Positions 12,597 to 27,552 are shown, counted from the stretch's first letter. The stretch is DNA of 64,000 nucleotides from Octopus vulgaris (GCA_951406725.2 OX597822.1:30132001-30196000), one strand, 5' to 3'. Numbers and translations are program-made. Notes: generated by a model not told the origin, from the letters alone.

Positions 12597-12798
12597 ATAT
12601 ATACATACATACCGATAAGTTGACAGTTCTTTTTACTAACATTTATTTTTCCTACATTTATTCCACATTTCTGTTTATTATTTACTGAAGTAAAATTATT
12701 CCAACAACTTCTAGTTAAAATTTGCTATATGTACATATTGTGGATAACGTCATTCACTGATGATTGAGTTGCTTCAGGGTTATTGTGTCTTTTAAACC

Positions 12799-13845
<1,047 letters not shown>

Positions 13846-14544
13846 GGCTTCTTTGAGCTTCCGTCTACCAAATCCACTATAGCAGAAAACATTAACTCAA
13901 GGTGCCACTCGGTGCGACTGAACCTGAAACCACGTGATTGGGAAACAAGCCTCTTAACACACAGCCATATAAATATACACATGCGCTCACACACACACAT
14001 ATCGGAAGAGAGATATATAGACATAGAGGTAGACACTCACGCACGCACAAGCAAACATAGACTTATCTCAATAGGAAACAGAAGCATAAAGGAAACAACA
14101 TTCCACCCCGATCAGTGACACATCAACTAAACACTTGAACATGCCCTACTGAAAAGACAAAAAATATTTAAAAAAAGGCAGGGGAAAAAAACCTACGTTT
14201 AAAATGATGGGCCACATTTGATAATAATGTAGCCATAAATATATTGTGTTTGAATATCGTATTTTCCCATGAACCAAAACGTCACCAGCACCATTCATCT
14301 GCGATAAGAAATAACAAAGTTATTGTTGCAATTGTTTGGCCTCGCGTCAGCTCTGATTTAACGGCACCTACAATCTGAGACATTCCTGTCGTGATGCCCT
14401 GTCTTTATTTCCAGACACTACGAACACACGGAGTTAAATCACCCAATGTATTTTTGTTTTCTCTTCCATTTAAGAATGTTGGGTGTGGTACTATATATAT
14501 TTTTTAGGATTATTTCACGAACTGCATTATGCCCATATATATGT

Positions 14545-14868
14545 TGGTATTTATAAAAGCTTAAAGCTTATCGCGACCGCCGTGCAATGACTAGGAGGAA
14601 ATAGTTTAATAAATGCGTATTTTAGCCCCCAACAAAGAAAAGAAGGCTTTCCTATCCGCGTTAGACTTCACATCCGTTTGTTAACGCGACTAAGTGTGTT
14701 GCCTTTACGCACCTAGTCGCGTCAACAAAGCGATGTGGGTTCGAGTCCCATTCGGATAGGAAAGCCTTCTTTTTTTCTGTCGCGGGCTTATATACCCCTT
14801 TACTAGACTATTTTCCTTAGTCATTGCACAGTGATCGCTATAAGCTCTATAAGCTTATCTAAATACCA
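14545..14868. mobile_element. Fold-back (MITE-like) element, about 325 bp
   Basis: Imperfect inverted arms along the whole length (tggtattta...aagaaggctttcctatccg / cggataggaaagccttctt...taaatacca), centre near 14700. Confidence 0.75.
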
Positions 14869-15035
14869 TTATTATTATTTACAGGATTGCAAACACGGCA
14901 ACGTATAACAAAACCTTTCGCGCCGAAATATATATGTGTGTGTGTGTGTGTATCTACATAGTTTTTAAAAACTGGAAGATACCACCCGTTCCCAATGAAC
15001 TATCATCAATTGATTTATCTTTTGCAGCTTAGCGG

Positions 15036-15083
<48 letters not shown>

Positions 15084-15567
15084 AGTTAGCATATCAACTC
15101 ATATTTGTATTATATTTAAAATATTATATATTTCGAGAAAATGACGAACAACCTTAATCGATTTTTGAACATTATTGGGTTCTCCTCAGAGGTGTCCACA
15201 TCATTCTGACAGTCTCCAGAGAAAGAAGCAGCCAAACTCTTTATATACTCAACAAATTCAAAAGTTACTCTATGAAGGAGTCCCTAATTTGCATACCAAA
15301 AGTATTTCGTCCACTCGGGACCGAGGCAAACCATTACTGAAGAGGCGTGAAGAGGCGGGCAGACGCGGGCGTCGAGGGAGCGCGTCTGAAAGGCGGGCGG
15401 TGTGGCGGCGGCGGCAGATATTCGAGGACGCGCCAGCCGTGTAGAGTCGACCTTGCACCGGCAATGGGGGAGCTAACCGTTGGCAGAAAGGAGCGTCGAC
15501 AACATCCCTTCCAGGCGGTCCACCTATGCCATTCGGCCACGACCCACAGCAAAATACCGGATACATG

Positions 15568-16412
15568 CGCATCGTTTGTTTTCGATTTTGTCGACTACAT
15601 AGTATATTAAAGTTGGGCACCTTCTATGAGAAAAACAGCACCATGACGCAACTCACTCTGCCAGAAATTTTGAAACGGCATGCTGCACCGCTTGACATTC
15701 GCGCTGGAAGCTCCAATACGAAGATTTCAGATTGTTTGGGTGTCAATCTGAGGACAGTGCAATCACAGGAAAGAGGACTGAAAGTGATAAAAATCAAACA
15801 TCCAGTCAGCATCATGGTGTTTGGAGTGATCACTAGTGATGGCGGCTTTATGCCTCCATTCATCTTCCTACATAGCCTTACACTCAACACGGAGGCCTAC
15901 ATCAAATGCCTGGAGGAGATAGTGCTGTCCTGGGTCAAGAGGGTGGATGCTGGAAGACCCTATGTCTGGCAGCAGAACTGCGCACCATGTCACATAAACA
16001 GGAGAACCCAGTCGTGGTTGCCAGACAATTTCTGTGACCACATCACAGGAAAATATCACTCTCCGTACATGTCCTGAGATTGCACTGTTCTCAGGTTGAC
16101 ACCCAGACTGCAACCCCCTTGGGCGAGCGAGAGACCAACAAAACTCCTTGTAACACCAAGGATGAAGTGAAGGTAAGGATTATGGCAGCATTCACCAACT
16201 TAAACAAGGAGATCGTCCAGAAGAGTTGCAGGAGATTCCGAAGTTGTCTTGAGACTGTGGCTGAAGTCAATGGCTATTTTATTGAATAAATTTACTCTTT
16301 AGTATTTCAAGATTTTTTAATGTAATTTTGTTAAATATATCTGCTAGAATGAGATGTCAGTGTTATTTTCATATTTGTGTAATTTAGACGACAGTTTATT
16401 CATCGCACCCTG
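15568..16412 (+). mobile_element. Internally deleted maT/DD37D-type Tc1/mariner transposon
   Basis: KHPVSIMVFGVITSDG..PPFIF...RPYVWQQNCAPCH...NFCDHIT. 3' end catcgcaccctg followed by TA. Merging with the 26.4 kb copy gives 37 residues between the 2nd and 3rd D. Confidence 0.8.
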
Positions 16413-16421
16413 TATACACAC

Positions 16422-16452
<31 letters not shown>

Positions 16453-16561
16453 GCAACATGTAGAACGCTAGAAATGGTCAGATGCGATCACATAGAGCTC
16501 ACTGTGATAGAAAACAACGTTGGAGATTTCAAGTATTGGTAGTACTCTAGATATATATCAC

Positions 16562-16798
16562 TACCTATTTCTTTACTACCCACAAGGGGCTAAACACAGA
16601 GAGGACAAACAAAGACGGACAAACGGATTAAGTCGATTATATCGACCCCAGTGCGTAACTGGTACTTAATTTATCGACCTCGAAAGGATGAAAGGCAAAG
16701 TCGACCTTGGCGGAATGTGAACTCAGAACGTAAAGGCAGACGAAATACAGCTACGCATTTCACCCGGTGTGCTAACGTTTCTGCCAGCTCACCGCCTT
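16562..16798 (-). mobile_element. SINE family B (long tail)
   Basis: Reverse complement match to family B. Confidence 0.9.
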
Positions 16799-17391
16799 TA
16801 TATATCACTACCAACTCCAGTTTATAACCGTAGATGCGATTCACCCTTGTTTTTTTTTAGCGTCGCACAGGTGGTGGCTCTGTCAAGGTCGATGTTTAAA
16901 ATCGAACCTGTTTATTACGTTACTAGTTTAAAATTTGACCCGATGATTGTAGACATTGTGTTGAAACCTTTTAAGACTACATTGAATTAAATGCTACGGC
17001 AACAGCTGTCGCACATTTTAAATGTCCTTTGTGTGTAATTCTACACATATATACATACGTACATACATACATACATACATACATACATACATACATACAT
17101 ACATACATACATTCATACATACATGCATACATACATACATACATGCATGCATACATGCATGCATGCATACATACATACATACATTCATACATACATACAT
17201 ACATACATACATACATACATGCATGCATGCATGCATGCATGCATGCATACATACATACATACATACATACATACATACATACACACATACATACACACAT
17301 ACATACACACATACATACACACATACATACACACATACATATATACATACATACATTCATACATACTTTCATACATACATACATACATACA

Positions 17392-17422
<31 letters not shown>

Positions 17423-18053
17423 TACGGTGGGATGCTTTCAATTTCCGTCTACCACTTCCAGTCATACTCACGAGGCTTAAGTCGACCCGGGGTTGTAGTA
17501 GAATGCACTTGCCCAAGATACTGCGCAGTGGGTCTGAACTAGGTGGACGGAAAATATCAAATACAATTCCTTAACACGCCTTGATATTTTTAAAACGGCT
17601 GGACCAATCTGAACAATGATATATAAAATAAAGGAGCAGCTTCCGTTTACATATTCTTTGATCATTGGACTGCTTGATAATGATGGGCAGGGGTTAAACA
17701 ACAACAACGACAGCAGTGGAAACAACAACCACAATAACAACAACAACAACAAGAAATTGTGATTCTTAGCGTCGGCAAGTATCTTTTCATAGATTTTGCT
17801 AATTTGGGTTAGATCCTCGTTTCCGCACGGTGTACGTAGCTAAAGTAATCTTGCGGTTCTTGTACTCATCGATCATCTTCACATTTTACATGATATATTT
17901 ACTTTGTAGATAAGAAGCCTGCTTTGCAGCCACGTGGTCTCGATTTCAGTTGCACTGCGCGGCGACATCATGGGCAAATATCTACTACTTTGATCCCATC
18001 AGGTCGGCCAATATCCTGTTAGTAAACTTGATAGGTGCAGACTGTGTGAAAGT

Positions 18054-18158
<105 letters not shown>

Positions 18159-18174
18159 TATATATATATATGTG

Positions 18175-18252
<78 letters not shown>

Positions 18253-18270
18253 TGTATGTATATATATATG

Positions 18271-18302
<32 letters not shown>

Positions 18303-18563
18303 CTGTTTTGATATATACAGGGCTTCATGCTCCAATTTGATAGAAATAAGCATTCTTGACTGCTATTTCTATTTTTTCGGTATGCGGTCAAGCAACCTGT
18401 TTTGCCTGTCCCTTTTTCTTATATACAATATATATACTGAACTTTTACAGAAGTTCCTGCCGGTAATCGGCTATATTTACATACCGAATTCTACCAGTAA
18501 ATAATTGGGTTTTTTAAAAGCCTTTATAGAAATTATTTACTCTTATCATATACATATATATAT

Positions 18564-18617
<54 letters not shown>

Positions 18618-19353
18618 AATAATGAAGGGTGAAATTAATTAATTTGGAATAATTATCAATAACACCAAGTAAATTCAGTATGTGGTAAGGCAATTCGTTG
18701 CCAAACCCTTTATTGCTTATATATATATATATACATCTGTGTGTGTGTATGAGTGTGTGTGTGCGTGTGTGTGTCTGCTTGCTCCCCTTCACCGCTTGAC
18801 AACCAGTAATTGTTTATTTACGTCCCCGTAACTTAGCAGTTCGGCAAAAGATACCAATAGAATTAGTACAAGACTTTAACAGAATGTAAGTACTGAGATC
18901 AATTTGCTCGATCAAACACTTCACGGTAGTGCCCCAGCATGGCCACATTCCAATGACTGAAACAAGTAAAAGATAACAAGTTGTTTCCCCAATTCTTCCA
19001 CTGTTGCGATTTTGTTTTTTGATTTGTTATCGTCAAACCTCAGATCACACAGGTCGAGTAGACGTCCCAAATTCTATGATCGTCTCAGCGCTTTATCGAG
19101 CTTAGATTATATAGGAGTTTATTACCCAATGTATTAATCCTATTTTTTCAGGCACTTAGTTGTTTTAAATAGGAAAATTGGCAACTATTTCTGGGCGAAC
19201 GAGAGGCGATGTAGCGGTTTTCTTATTAGCTCTGTTGGTTACGTAGCAAATAGTAATTTTCTTATATGTTCAAAATGAAACTTCAGACTTAGTCTTCTAT
19301 TATAATTCCATTCACAACTAGGAAACTTTATGTCATAAACATCAGATTAATCC

Positions 19354-19760
19354 TGGCAGAATCGTTAGCACGCCGGGCGAAATGCTTAGTGGTATTTCGT
19401 CTGCCGTTACGTTCTGAGTTCAAATTCCGCAGAGGTCGACTTTGCCTTTCATCCTTTCGGGGTCGATTAAATAAGTACCAGTTACGCACTGGGGTCGATA
19501 TAATCGACTTAATTCGTTTGTCTGTCCTTGTTTGTCCTCTCTGTGTTTAGCCCCGTGTGGGTAGCAAAGAAATAGGTATTTTGTCTGCCGTTACGTTCTG
19601 AGTTCAAATTCCGCAAAGGTCGACTTTACCTTTCATCCTTTCGGGGTCGATTGAATAAGTACCAGTTATGCACTGGGGTCGATATAATCGACTTAATTCG
19701 TTTCTCTGTCCTTGTTTTCCCTCTCTGTGTGTAGCCCCTTGTGGGTAGTAAAAGAGATAA
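19354..19760 (+). mobile_element. SINE family B dimer
   Basis: One head followed by two body units starting at 19391 and 19575 (period 184). Confidence 0.9.
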
Positions 19761-20635
19761 GATTAATCCCACTACTTGATTGGTACAAAATTTTATTGTC
19801 TCTGGAAATGAAAAAGAGAAAATTAATTGAGAAAGAATTTGAACTCAAGAACGATAGAAACCAAGCAAAATCGCTTATAGCATTGCACCCGTTGCTCTAA
19901 CGATTCTGCCACTCAATAAGTAAACAGTTCTAAGTAAAAGGAATTGCGAATATCTATGCAATGCATTGCATCGAATATCTATGCAATGCATTGAATCCAT
20001 TTCATTAACGATGCAATGCATTGCGTTTAAGCGGGAAAAGTGAAACTCATGTAGATGAGATTTTTCAATAATTTACCAGCGTGCCATTTTGTACAGCGCA
20101 ATTAGATCAGTAAGTTTTGCGTTTATTTGTTTTTATCTTATTTTTATGCGTTCTCAGCCTCAAGTATTCCTGATTTCGGAGTTGGCCTTTTATATGTAAA
20201 TGATTCTGCTCTGATAATATCAGTTTACAGACTCGTTTTTGTAATAATTTATACATTATCCATATATAAAAGAGCTTCGGATGCCGCTTAAAAGCGATAA
20301 AGGATATTAGATAATTACCGAGGGTCGGAAAAGATTAAAAGCCTTCTTATTGTTTACATACACTAAAAACCCTGAACCCTATTCACAAAATAGACCAAAT
20401 GACAAACCTACTTTACAGCATTGCCAATCTGGAGCACCAAAACAATGGGGAAGTCTTTCAAAAGTCAGTCAACATAGTAAAAATGATAGTCAAATTTCCC
20501 TCGTAAAACACTTTTATTTTTTAAAAAATACGCCATTAGTAGATTTCGTGCAACTGACGTTAGACAAGGGCACAAAATGGTTAATCGGAACTACTGTTGT
20601 TGCTGCTAGTGCTGGTACTGGTGCTGCTACTGCTG

Positions 20636-20707
<72 letters not shown>

Positions 20708-20739
20708 ATTTAAAATTTTCGTACTTAATATATGTATGC

Positions 20740-20797
<58 letters not shown>

Positions 20798-20873
20798 CAT
20801 ATACGTATACATACGTGTATTTCTACGAGTATGTAGGCATATATGGAGGTATACTTCTATATTTATATATATG

Positions 20874-20904
<31 letters not shown>

Positions 20905-20927
20905 GTAAATGTATGTATGTATGTATG

Positions 20928-20997
<70 letters not shown>

Positions 20998-21053
20998 TGT
21001 ATGTATATATATATATATATATACATGTATGTATGTATGTATGTATGTATGTA

Positions 21054-21090
<37 letters not shown>

Positions 21091-21479
21091 ACATGTATGT
21101 GTAGAACACTTACAAACACGCACACAGATGTGTGTGCCCAGATGTTACAGATTTTGACCCTGAAAGCGAATATTTTTCAGAATTGAAAATAAGTTTGTTG
21201 ATTTCTGTGTTCTTGTAAAAATATGCAATGTTAAATTAAACGTAACCTGGAAACTAAGTCCCTTAGTTTGCGAAAGAGCTCTAAACTATACTAATACCTA
21301 AAGGCGGGAGGCTCACAGTTGGAATACTTCAGAAAAGATGAGCATCTAGAAAAACAATCAAAGTATCGTCTGATATTTAAAACATTCAACGTAAGGAATA
21401 ACGGCTAAACCTTGACCACGTAAGTAGACACTTTTAATAGTAATTAGACAAGAAATAATAAAAAATTTATGAACATAAT

Positions 21480-21630
21480 CATAACATTAACTCTGACTTA
21501 AACCCAAAGCTTAATCCTAACCTGAACCCTTAATACTTAACCCTAACCATAACAATAATCCCAGGCAAACACCTGTCACTAACCTGTACCCTAATACTAG
21601 CTATAAGCTCTAATCCGAAATCTAACCTTC
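21480..21630. repeat. Degenerate (CCCTAA)-like tract
   Basis: ttaaccctaaccataac, tcctaacctgaaccct, taccctaatactag, tctaacc: roughly 6-bp periodic variants. Confidence 0.5.
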
Positions 21631-22370
21631 CTCCTTCACCTGTTCTCTCCCTCTCTGTCTGTAAATATATGTATGTGTGTATGTGTGTATGTGTGTGTGT
21701 GTGTGTATGCGCGTAAATATATATCTGTGTGCGCGCCTGTTTGTGTGTATGTAGTTTTTTAGCAGCTATTGAATTTGACACGTTATTATAAATATTATTT
21801 GAATATTTCAACGTCGACCAAGAACCCATCACAAGGCTTTTATGAAGTGCGTTCGAGAATGACTATTTGTGCCTTTGATCGAAATTGTTTGCCTACGGAA
21901 AAAATATGCCCATATGTTTGCTAATTCGTATGTTAATGTGTGTAGTTGAAAATCACTTCGAGTAAATATTACTTTAGTTTAATTCAGGTGATACAAAAGA
22001 GCGAGGAAAAAAAAACAACAACAACAAAGCAAAAACGGCAATCACAAAATGTGCGAAGTCTGTAACATGTTGTAGGGCACCTTCATGGTTAGGTGTACAC
22101 AGCTGTGGTATATTGTCGATTCTCACTCACTCAAGGTGAGAAGTAAACATATTGTTCGACTCAAATATAATAACTTGACTTGTTCTGCTCCTTATATATC
22201 TATGTACGTCCTTCATAGGACCACATGTATGTATGTATGTATGTATGTATGTATGTATGTATGTATGTATGTATGTATGTATGTATGTATGCATGTATGT
22301 ATGTATGTATGTATGTATGTATGTATGTATGTATGTATGTATATGTTTGTGTGTGTGCGCATGTATGTTA

Positions 22371-22915
22371 TGTCAGGTCACTTTCGAGTAACCCAGTACA
22401 ACCTGTTGCATGGTCGGGTCGTTGGCAACTAAACCGGCAACCCCACCAAGCTTGCTTGGTGAGGAGGGAGTTTATTGGACACCCTGCGGGATGAAAAACA
22501 ATACCCGTCAAAGGGCGGAGGAATTCTTGAGAGTCAACGGCCATCCAATAAATGTCCTAAGGCTGTATCATGCGCGGGGACATAGAAATAATCGGACTGA
22601 ATACCCGATCGTGCGGTTAAACCATTGGGAGTGAAGAACACCTAGCCTTTGTTAGGGTATCCTTCTAGGAGAAGGTAACTGAGGTAACTGGGATAACTCC
22701 GACATAAAACCTGCGGCTCAGTGGTTACCGATGATGTTGACTTGTTCTTTTCGGATTATGGCTGCTGTTGCTTAGTGAGTGGGATTGACTCAGTGCACAG
22801 CCTTTCCCCATTTAAAAAAAATCTTCTTGCATAGGCATTGCACGATAACAACATTGATTAAGCTTCGTGCAGTGGCCGTACTCGATAACGAGGGGGCAGC
22901 CAACACCACCACCAT
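22371..22915 (+). mobile_element. Non-autonomous RTE-like retroelement, copy 2 (longer 5' end)
   Basis: Colinear with 9668-10177, same (CAC)n tail, followed by (TATG)n. Confidence 0.65.
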
Positions 22916-23271
22916 GTATGTATGTATGTATGTATGTATGTATGTATGTATGTATGTATGTATGTATGTATGTATGTATGTATGTATGTATGTATGTATG
23001 TGCCTGTGTAAGCGTGTGTGTATGCGTGTGCCTGTGTGTGTGAGTTCTCTGTATGATGTGTGCGTGTATATCAAGAGAGAGATGGGGGAGAGGAGAAAGA
23101 GAAAATTGGTCAGCACATAGAAACCAAGGATGTATAATCATAGTTGATGGTAACGAGTCAATATCCGTTAGAGCACAACGGCTACATAAGTAGTCGGTGC
23201 TATGTCATTACGTTTATGCAATCTAAACGAAAATTATACCTCAAAATATCAAACACGAAACGGAATATTTA

Positions 23272-23393
23272 CGAGTGGCTGTGTGGTAAGTAGCTTGCTT
23301 ACGAACTACTTAGGCAAGTGTCTTCTACTATAGCCTCGGGCCGCCCAAGCCTTGTGAGTGGATTTGGTGGGCGGAAACTGAAAGAAGCCCGTC

Positions 23394-23437
<44 letters not shown>

Positions 23438-24647
23438 TAATAATAGAATATTAAGGAATAAATCCAAACTTACAGGGAAAAATCAGATTTAGGATTAAAT
23501 CCAATTTTATAGTATAAATATATTATATTATATTATATTAAATTAGAGATAAGACCACTATTAGGCAAATCAAACAATGAAAAACATAAGCCAATACATA
23601 AAATTAATTAATTTATATTATTTTAAATACATATCAAAAGTATTAAAAGTTTAATAAAAGATAAAGAGTAAAACACTACGATCGTTTCATGGCTGTACAA
23701 TTCGTAATAATTCGAGTTATGGTTACAGTCAATCTTCAGGTTAATTGAAATATCTAAAACATAATCAGAAATATTTAAACAATATTTTAAAGATATAAAT
23801 AATATAATAATTTTACTTATAATAAACTCTATTATCAAACTAGAAACATAAAAGTTAACAATTATGATTATATCAAAATCGACTATAATGTTAAATATTA
23901 ATTTTAATTTATAAGGTAGGAAACCCACCAATAATCTAATATCGGTATTAGTCTATATCTAATTACATAAATATTTAAAAATGACTAATATATATAAATT
24001 ATCAATGGAAATATATAAATGTATATAAATATTAAGATCTAAAATAATCTCTATAAATAAATATATATGCACATATAATAACCTAATAAATTCATTTTTC
24101 ATATTTAAAGATGAAATAGCTTATTTCAAAATACAAATAAACAAACTTAAACGAACGTTCGGAAATCTTATGTAAAATACTTATAGAAATAATCAATTCG
24201 TAGTAATATAGTATCAAATAAATACTATAAATACTATAAATATAATTATCAATGGGAATAACTAGCGAATATCAATTTAAAGAAATAACTAAGATATGCT
24301 ATTAAATTAGACATGGCCTAGACCAATCTTTAGTCGAAACATATCTAAGTTTATCAAAGTTTATCTAATTTAATTATAAATTTAAAACTACAATTAATAC
24401 TATTAAAACATGTATATACAAAAGCCTAACTTAATACACCTCGTATGCTTGCTATCAAATAATAAATCTATCGCTAAGTAGTATCTTACGAATAAACTTA
24501 AATTTAATATATAGAAAATTACGATAATTAGATCATTACATAAACAACGATATTTACATAAGGAAAATATTATTACACCAAAGACTTATACAATATTAAA
24601 ATTTACAATTTGAAGATCTTAAATACAAATAAATACTTATCTTAGCG

Positions 24648-24687
<40 letters not shown>

Positions 24688-24912
24688 GTTTGTATGTGTG
24701 TGTATATGTTTGTGTGTCTGTGTTTGTCCCCCCCAACATCGCTTGACAACCAATGCTAGTGTGTTTACGTACCCGTAACTTAGCGGTTCGGCAAAAGAGA
24801 CCGCTAGAATAATTACTAGGCTTACAAAGAATAAGTCCTGGGTTCGATTTGTGCGACTAAAGGCGGTGCTCCAGCATGGCCACCGTCAAATGACTGAAAG
24901 AAGTAAAAGAGT
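23272..24912 (+). mobile_element. SINE family A split by a 1.2-kb insertion in its internal TA tract
   Basis: 5' half at 23272-23395, 3' half at 24690-24912. Confidence 0.85.
23433..24648 (-). mobile_element. Extremely AT-rich PLE-like insertion with a hammerhead motif
   Basis: Bounded by (TA)n on both sides. Minus strand 23745-23670: CTGAAGA-t-tgactgta...tacagcca-t-GAAACGATCGTA. Confidence 0.6.
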
Positions 24913-25076
24913 ATGTCAAATCGCGGAACGGCTACGTGTTTCGGTGACTATGCATCTCCCGAGTTACGACTTTTACCTCTTAGTGTAGAACTGTTGTCGG
25001 GATATAAATCGAATGGAGTTCGCAGTTTGCAAATGGTGCTGGCCACTGTCTGCTGAATGCTACTAAATACGTTAGT

Positions 25077-25460
25077 GGTGGCGCAATGGCCCAGTGGTTA
25101 GGGCAGCGGACTCGCGGTCATAGGATCGCGGTTTCGATTCCCAGACCGGGCGTTGTGAGTGTTTATTGAGGGAAAACACCTAAAAATCTCCACGAGGCTC
25201 CGGCAGGGGATGGTGGTGATCCCTGCTGTACTCTTTCACCACAACTTTCTCTCACTCTTACTTCCTGTTTCTGTTGTACCTGTATTTCAAAGGGCCGGCC
25301 TTGTCACTCTCTGTGTCACGCTGAATATCCCCGAGAACTACGTTAAGGGTGCACGTGTCTGTGGAGTGCTCAGCCACTTACACGTTAATTTCACGAGCAT
25401 GCTGTTCCGTTGATTCGGATCAACCGGAACCCTCGTCGTTGTAACCGACGGAGTGCTTCC
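25077..25460 (+). mobile_element. SINE with head C and tail c
   Basis: ggcgcaatggcccagtggttagggcagcgg...gtaaccgacggagtgc. actaaatacg is repeated on both sides. Confidence 0.9.
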
Positions 25461-25599
25461 ACTAAATACGGCTGCTTCTGGTTAGTATCAGGGCTACGGG
25501 ATGGCGAATGACAGCCGGTGTGCTGAAACACTCTTCTTTATATTGGTTAGGAATAAAGATTACACCCGAAGGTCTTCCATTCAGTTTAATAATATAATA

Positions 25600-25990
25600 A
25601 TAATGAAATTATTGTATACAGTGCTCAGGTGCACCACAACTTGTCAGAAAGTGCATATAAAGTACATGCAGTAATGTAGAAATGTCTGGAAAGCGAACAA
25701 TGTATGAGTCAGATACATGCTTGTGTGTGTATGGAGGAAGAAAATCAAGTGTAGTGTTGGCGAATCTCAGGAAGCATGGAAGTTTTGAAGGATGCAGTGC
25801 TCCGACAACTAACAACTGATGCCGGCAGTTTGTTCCATGCTTCAGCAACTCTCAGCGTGAAAAAATGTTTCCTGAAGTCATGGGAGCTATGCTGTTTTCT
25901 TACTTTGTAAACATTTCCATGGGTGTTAGATGGGTGGAGTTTGGAAAGGTGCTCAGAGTTATTGTTTGTACGATGGTTGATAATTTTACG
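25600..25990 (-). mobile_element. CR1-clade LINE 3' end
   Basis: KIINH...NTHGNVYKVRKQHSSHDFRKHFFTLRVAEAWNKLPASVVSCRSTASFK, then a 3' UTR and (ATT)n tail. Confidence 0.85.
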
Positions 25991-26039
25991 TTCACCAAAT
26001 TCATTTACAAGGCGTCAGTCTCTAGTAGAAGCCTATAAG

Positions 26040-26076
<37 letters not shown>

Positions 26077-26326
26077 TGTGTGAGTGTGTGTGCGAGGGTT
26101 TGAGCGTGTGTGTGTGAGAGTGAGCGTGTGTTTGAGCGTATGTGTGTGTGTGGGTTTGAGCGTGTTTATGTGAGAGTGAGCGTGTGTTTAAGTGTGTGTG
26201 TATGTGTGCGTGTGTTTGAGCGTGTGTGTGTGTGTGCGTGTGTTTGAGCGTGTGTGTGTGAGAGAGAGGGTGAAAGAGAAATACATAGATAGCTTGACTG
26301 ATAAATAGACATATAGATAGTTAGAT

Positions 26327-26409
<83 letters not shown>

Positions 26410-26859
26410 GGATGGCTGCTGGAAGACACTATGTCTGGCAACAGGACAGAGCACCATGTCGCACAAGTAGGAGAACCCAGTCATAGGCTGTCAGACAATT
26501 TCTGCGACCACATCATCCCTAAAACTTGGCCACCTAACTCCCCAGACTCCCCAGACCCACTTGATTATTATGCGTGGCGCAGTTAAGCGTGAGACCAACA
26601 AAGCTCCTTGTAGCACCAAGGATTATCTAAAGACAAGGATTATGGCAGCATTCACCAATTTAAATAAGGAGACCGTCCGGAAGAGTTGCGGAAGATTCCG
26701 AAGTCGTCTGGAGGCCATAGTTGAATCCAATGACGATTATATTGAAGAAATTTACTCTTTAGTATTTCAAGTTATTTTTATGTAATGTTGGTAAACATAT
26801 CTGTTAAAATTATTTTCATATTTGAGTAAATTAGACGACAATTCATTCATCGCACCCTG
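26410..26859 (+). mobile_element. Second maT/DD37D transposon 3' fragment
   Basis: YVWQQDRAPC...NFCDHIIPKTWPPNSPD..PLDY. Same 3' end catcgcaccctg as 16412. Confidence 0.8.
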
Positions 26860-26860
26860 T

Positions 26861-27552
26861 GGGCGTGGCTGTGTGGTACGAAGCTTGATCCCAAACCACA
26901 TAGTTCCGGTTTCAGTCCCACTGTGTGGCACCTTGGGCAGGTGTATTTTACTATAGCCATGGACCGACCAAAGCCTTGTGAGAGATAGACAGAAACTGAA
27001 AGAAGCCCGTCATATATATGTGTGTATGTGAGAGTGTCTCTGTGAGTGTGTGTACGTGTGTGTCTGTGTCCGTGTTTGCCCTCCACCACCCGCCCACTAT
27101 CGCTTGACAAACGATGTTAGTGTGTTTATGTCCCTATAGACAAACCGATAGAATAAGTCCATGGGGCGATTTCTTCGACTAGAAGCCCTTTAAGGCAGTG
27201 CTCCAGCGTGGCCACGGTCAGATGACTAAAACAAGTAAAAGAATAAAAGAAAAGAATATATATATGTGTGTGTTTGTATGTATCTATTTTTATATATGTG
27301 TGTTTGGATGTATGTATTTATAAGGTTGCGAGCTGGCAGAAACGTTAGCACGACGGGCGAAATGCGTAGCCGTATTTCGTCTGCCGTTACGTTCTGAGTT
27401 CAAATTCCGCCTAGGTCGACTTTGCCTTTCATCTTTTCGGGGTCGATAAATTGAGTATCAGTTACGCACTGGGGTCGATGTAATCGACTTAATCCGTTTG
27501 TCTGTCCTTGTTTGTCCTCTCTGTGTTTAGCCCCTTATGGGTAGTAAAGAAG
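26861..27552 (+). mobile_element. SINE family A (26861-27250) and SINE family B (27323-27552)
   Basis: Direct matches to both family consensus patterns. Confidence 0.85.

Noticed and set aside
12750-12790. Isolated CTGATGA heptamers (also about 6968 and 61942)
   Set aside because: No stem II followed by GAAA and no stem I; expected by chance.
25077-25152. tRNA-like sequences with A/B boxes (also 4440-4516, 11460-11534, 55901-55970)
   Set aside because: They are SINE heads that continue into SINE bodies with tails or TSDs; the cloverleaf is incomplete.
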